Below are positions 25,693 to 26,081 of a stretch of 26,081 nt of DNA, piece after piece. The DNA comes from an uncultured virus (IMG/VR IMGVR_UViG_3300044732_003010) (lineage: Duplodnaviria; Heunggongvirae; Uroviricota; Caudoviricetes). Every line of letters begins with the position of its first letter. Position 1 is the first letter of the stretch. A program made the translations under genes and the position numbers. The notes beneath the pieces were generated by a model. The model had not been told where the DNA came from. It was given only the letters and a program-made list of their open reading frames with translations, and searched no databases. The stretch covers positions 62,001 to 88,081 of IMG/VR virus record IMGVR_UViG_3300044732_003010. One strand, written 5' to 3'.

Positions 25693-26081
25693 ATGCTTAG
25701 AAGAGTACAACAATTTTTAGACTCTGGCGATAGTGATAAAGCTAGAGAAGAAATTGATAGAGCTTTCGGCAATCTGAGAAAGGTAGATAGTCATGTTAGA
25801 GAGTTTGCCGCTCTGTTGGCACTGGGATCGATCGAAGCTTCAGAAATCGGCTTAGGAGTATTGGGACGTAAGCTTCTACAGAATGACAGCGAGATTAATA
25901 ATGAGGTTATTTGGTTATTTATTGCGTCAATTTTATCTCGCAATAGTATTCCCGCTGATAGTCCATCTAGAATCAGCCTACTTGTTCTTACCGCTTCTGT
26001 CAATAGTTGGGAATTACCAATTTTTGCGCTTCTTGCCCCTGCCCTCGACGCTTTTTTTAAAGTTAGTCTTGCGGACGGAAC
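25693..26081 (+). CDS. Hypothetical helical protein, truncated by the window end
   Basis: ATG 25693 after AAGGGA; open to the end: MLRRVQQFLDSGDSDKAREEIDRAFGNL...; not in the ORF track. Confidence 0.65.
   Translation, partial: MLRRVQQFLDSGDSDKAREEIDRAFGNLRKVDSHVREFAALLALGSIEASEIGLGVLGRKLLQNDSEINNEVIWLFIASILSRNSIPADSPSRISLLVLTASVNSWELPIFALLAPALDAFFKVSLADG

Noticed and set aside
25791..26003. Minus-strand 70-aa ORF
   Set aside because: Shadow of the longer plus-strand ORF starting at 25693 that runs off the window.
1..26081. DGR template repeat or reverse transcriptase, cas1/cas2, integrase or att site
   Set aside because: No AAC-rich copy of the variable region and no RT, Cas1 or integrase motifs were seen, so prophage versus free phage cannot be decided here.

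Overview
Tail-morphogenesis region of a long-tailed (siphovirus-type) cyanobacterial phage or prophage. The host is probably Microcystis-like, inferred from a type I-D-like CRISPR repeat and TCAGTTA short repeats. Core order: tail completion, putative terminator, major tail protein, tail assembly chaperones with a -1 frameshift, a giant (~4380 aa) multi-enzyme tape measure protein, NlpC/P60, then a ~5 kb accessory island, then a GTA-type tail tip protein. The most striking system is in the island: a TnpB-like/compact Cas12 nuclease with an intact RuvC triad whose stop codon overlaps the first repeat of a 4-repeat CRISPR array. A tracrRNA-like anti-repeat and an omegaRNA-like pseudoknot hairpin lie inside its own coding 3' end, and an unannotated divergent ribbon-helix-helix gene lies upstream. 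The array switches into a second repeat family (I-D-like), and the junction spacer matches one of the phage's own genes at 37/39 nt. Also present: an FGE/CLec protein with a DGR variable-region signature, tape-measure enzyme modules bounded by exact in-frame direct repeats, two tRNAs flanking an orphan HigA-like antitoxin, a truncated Rha gene with a tandem repeat, and a 32-bp palindrome. All family assignments come from motif recognition by eye; no searches were run.
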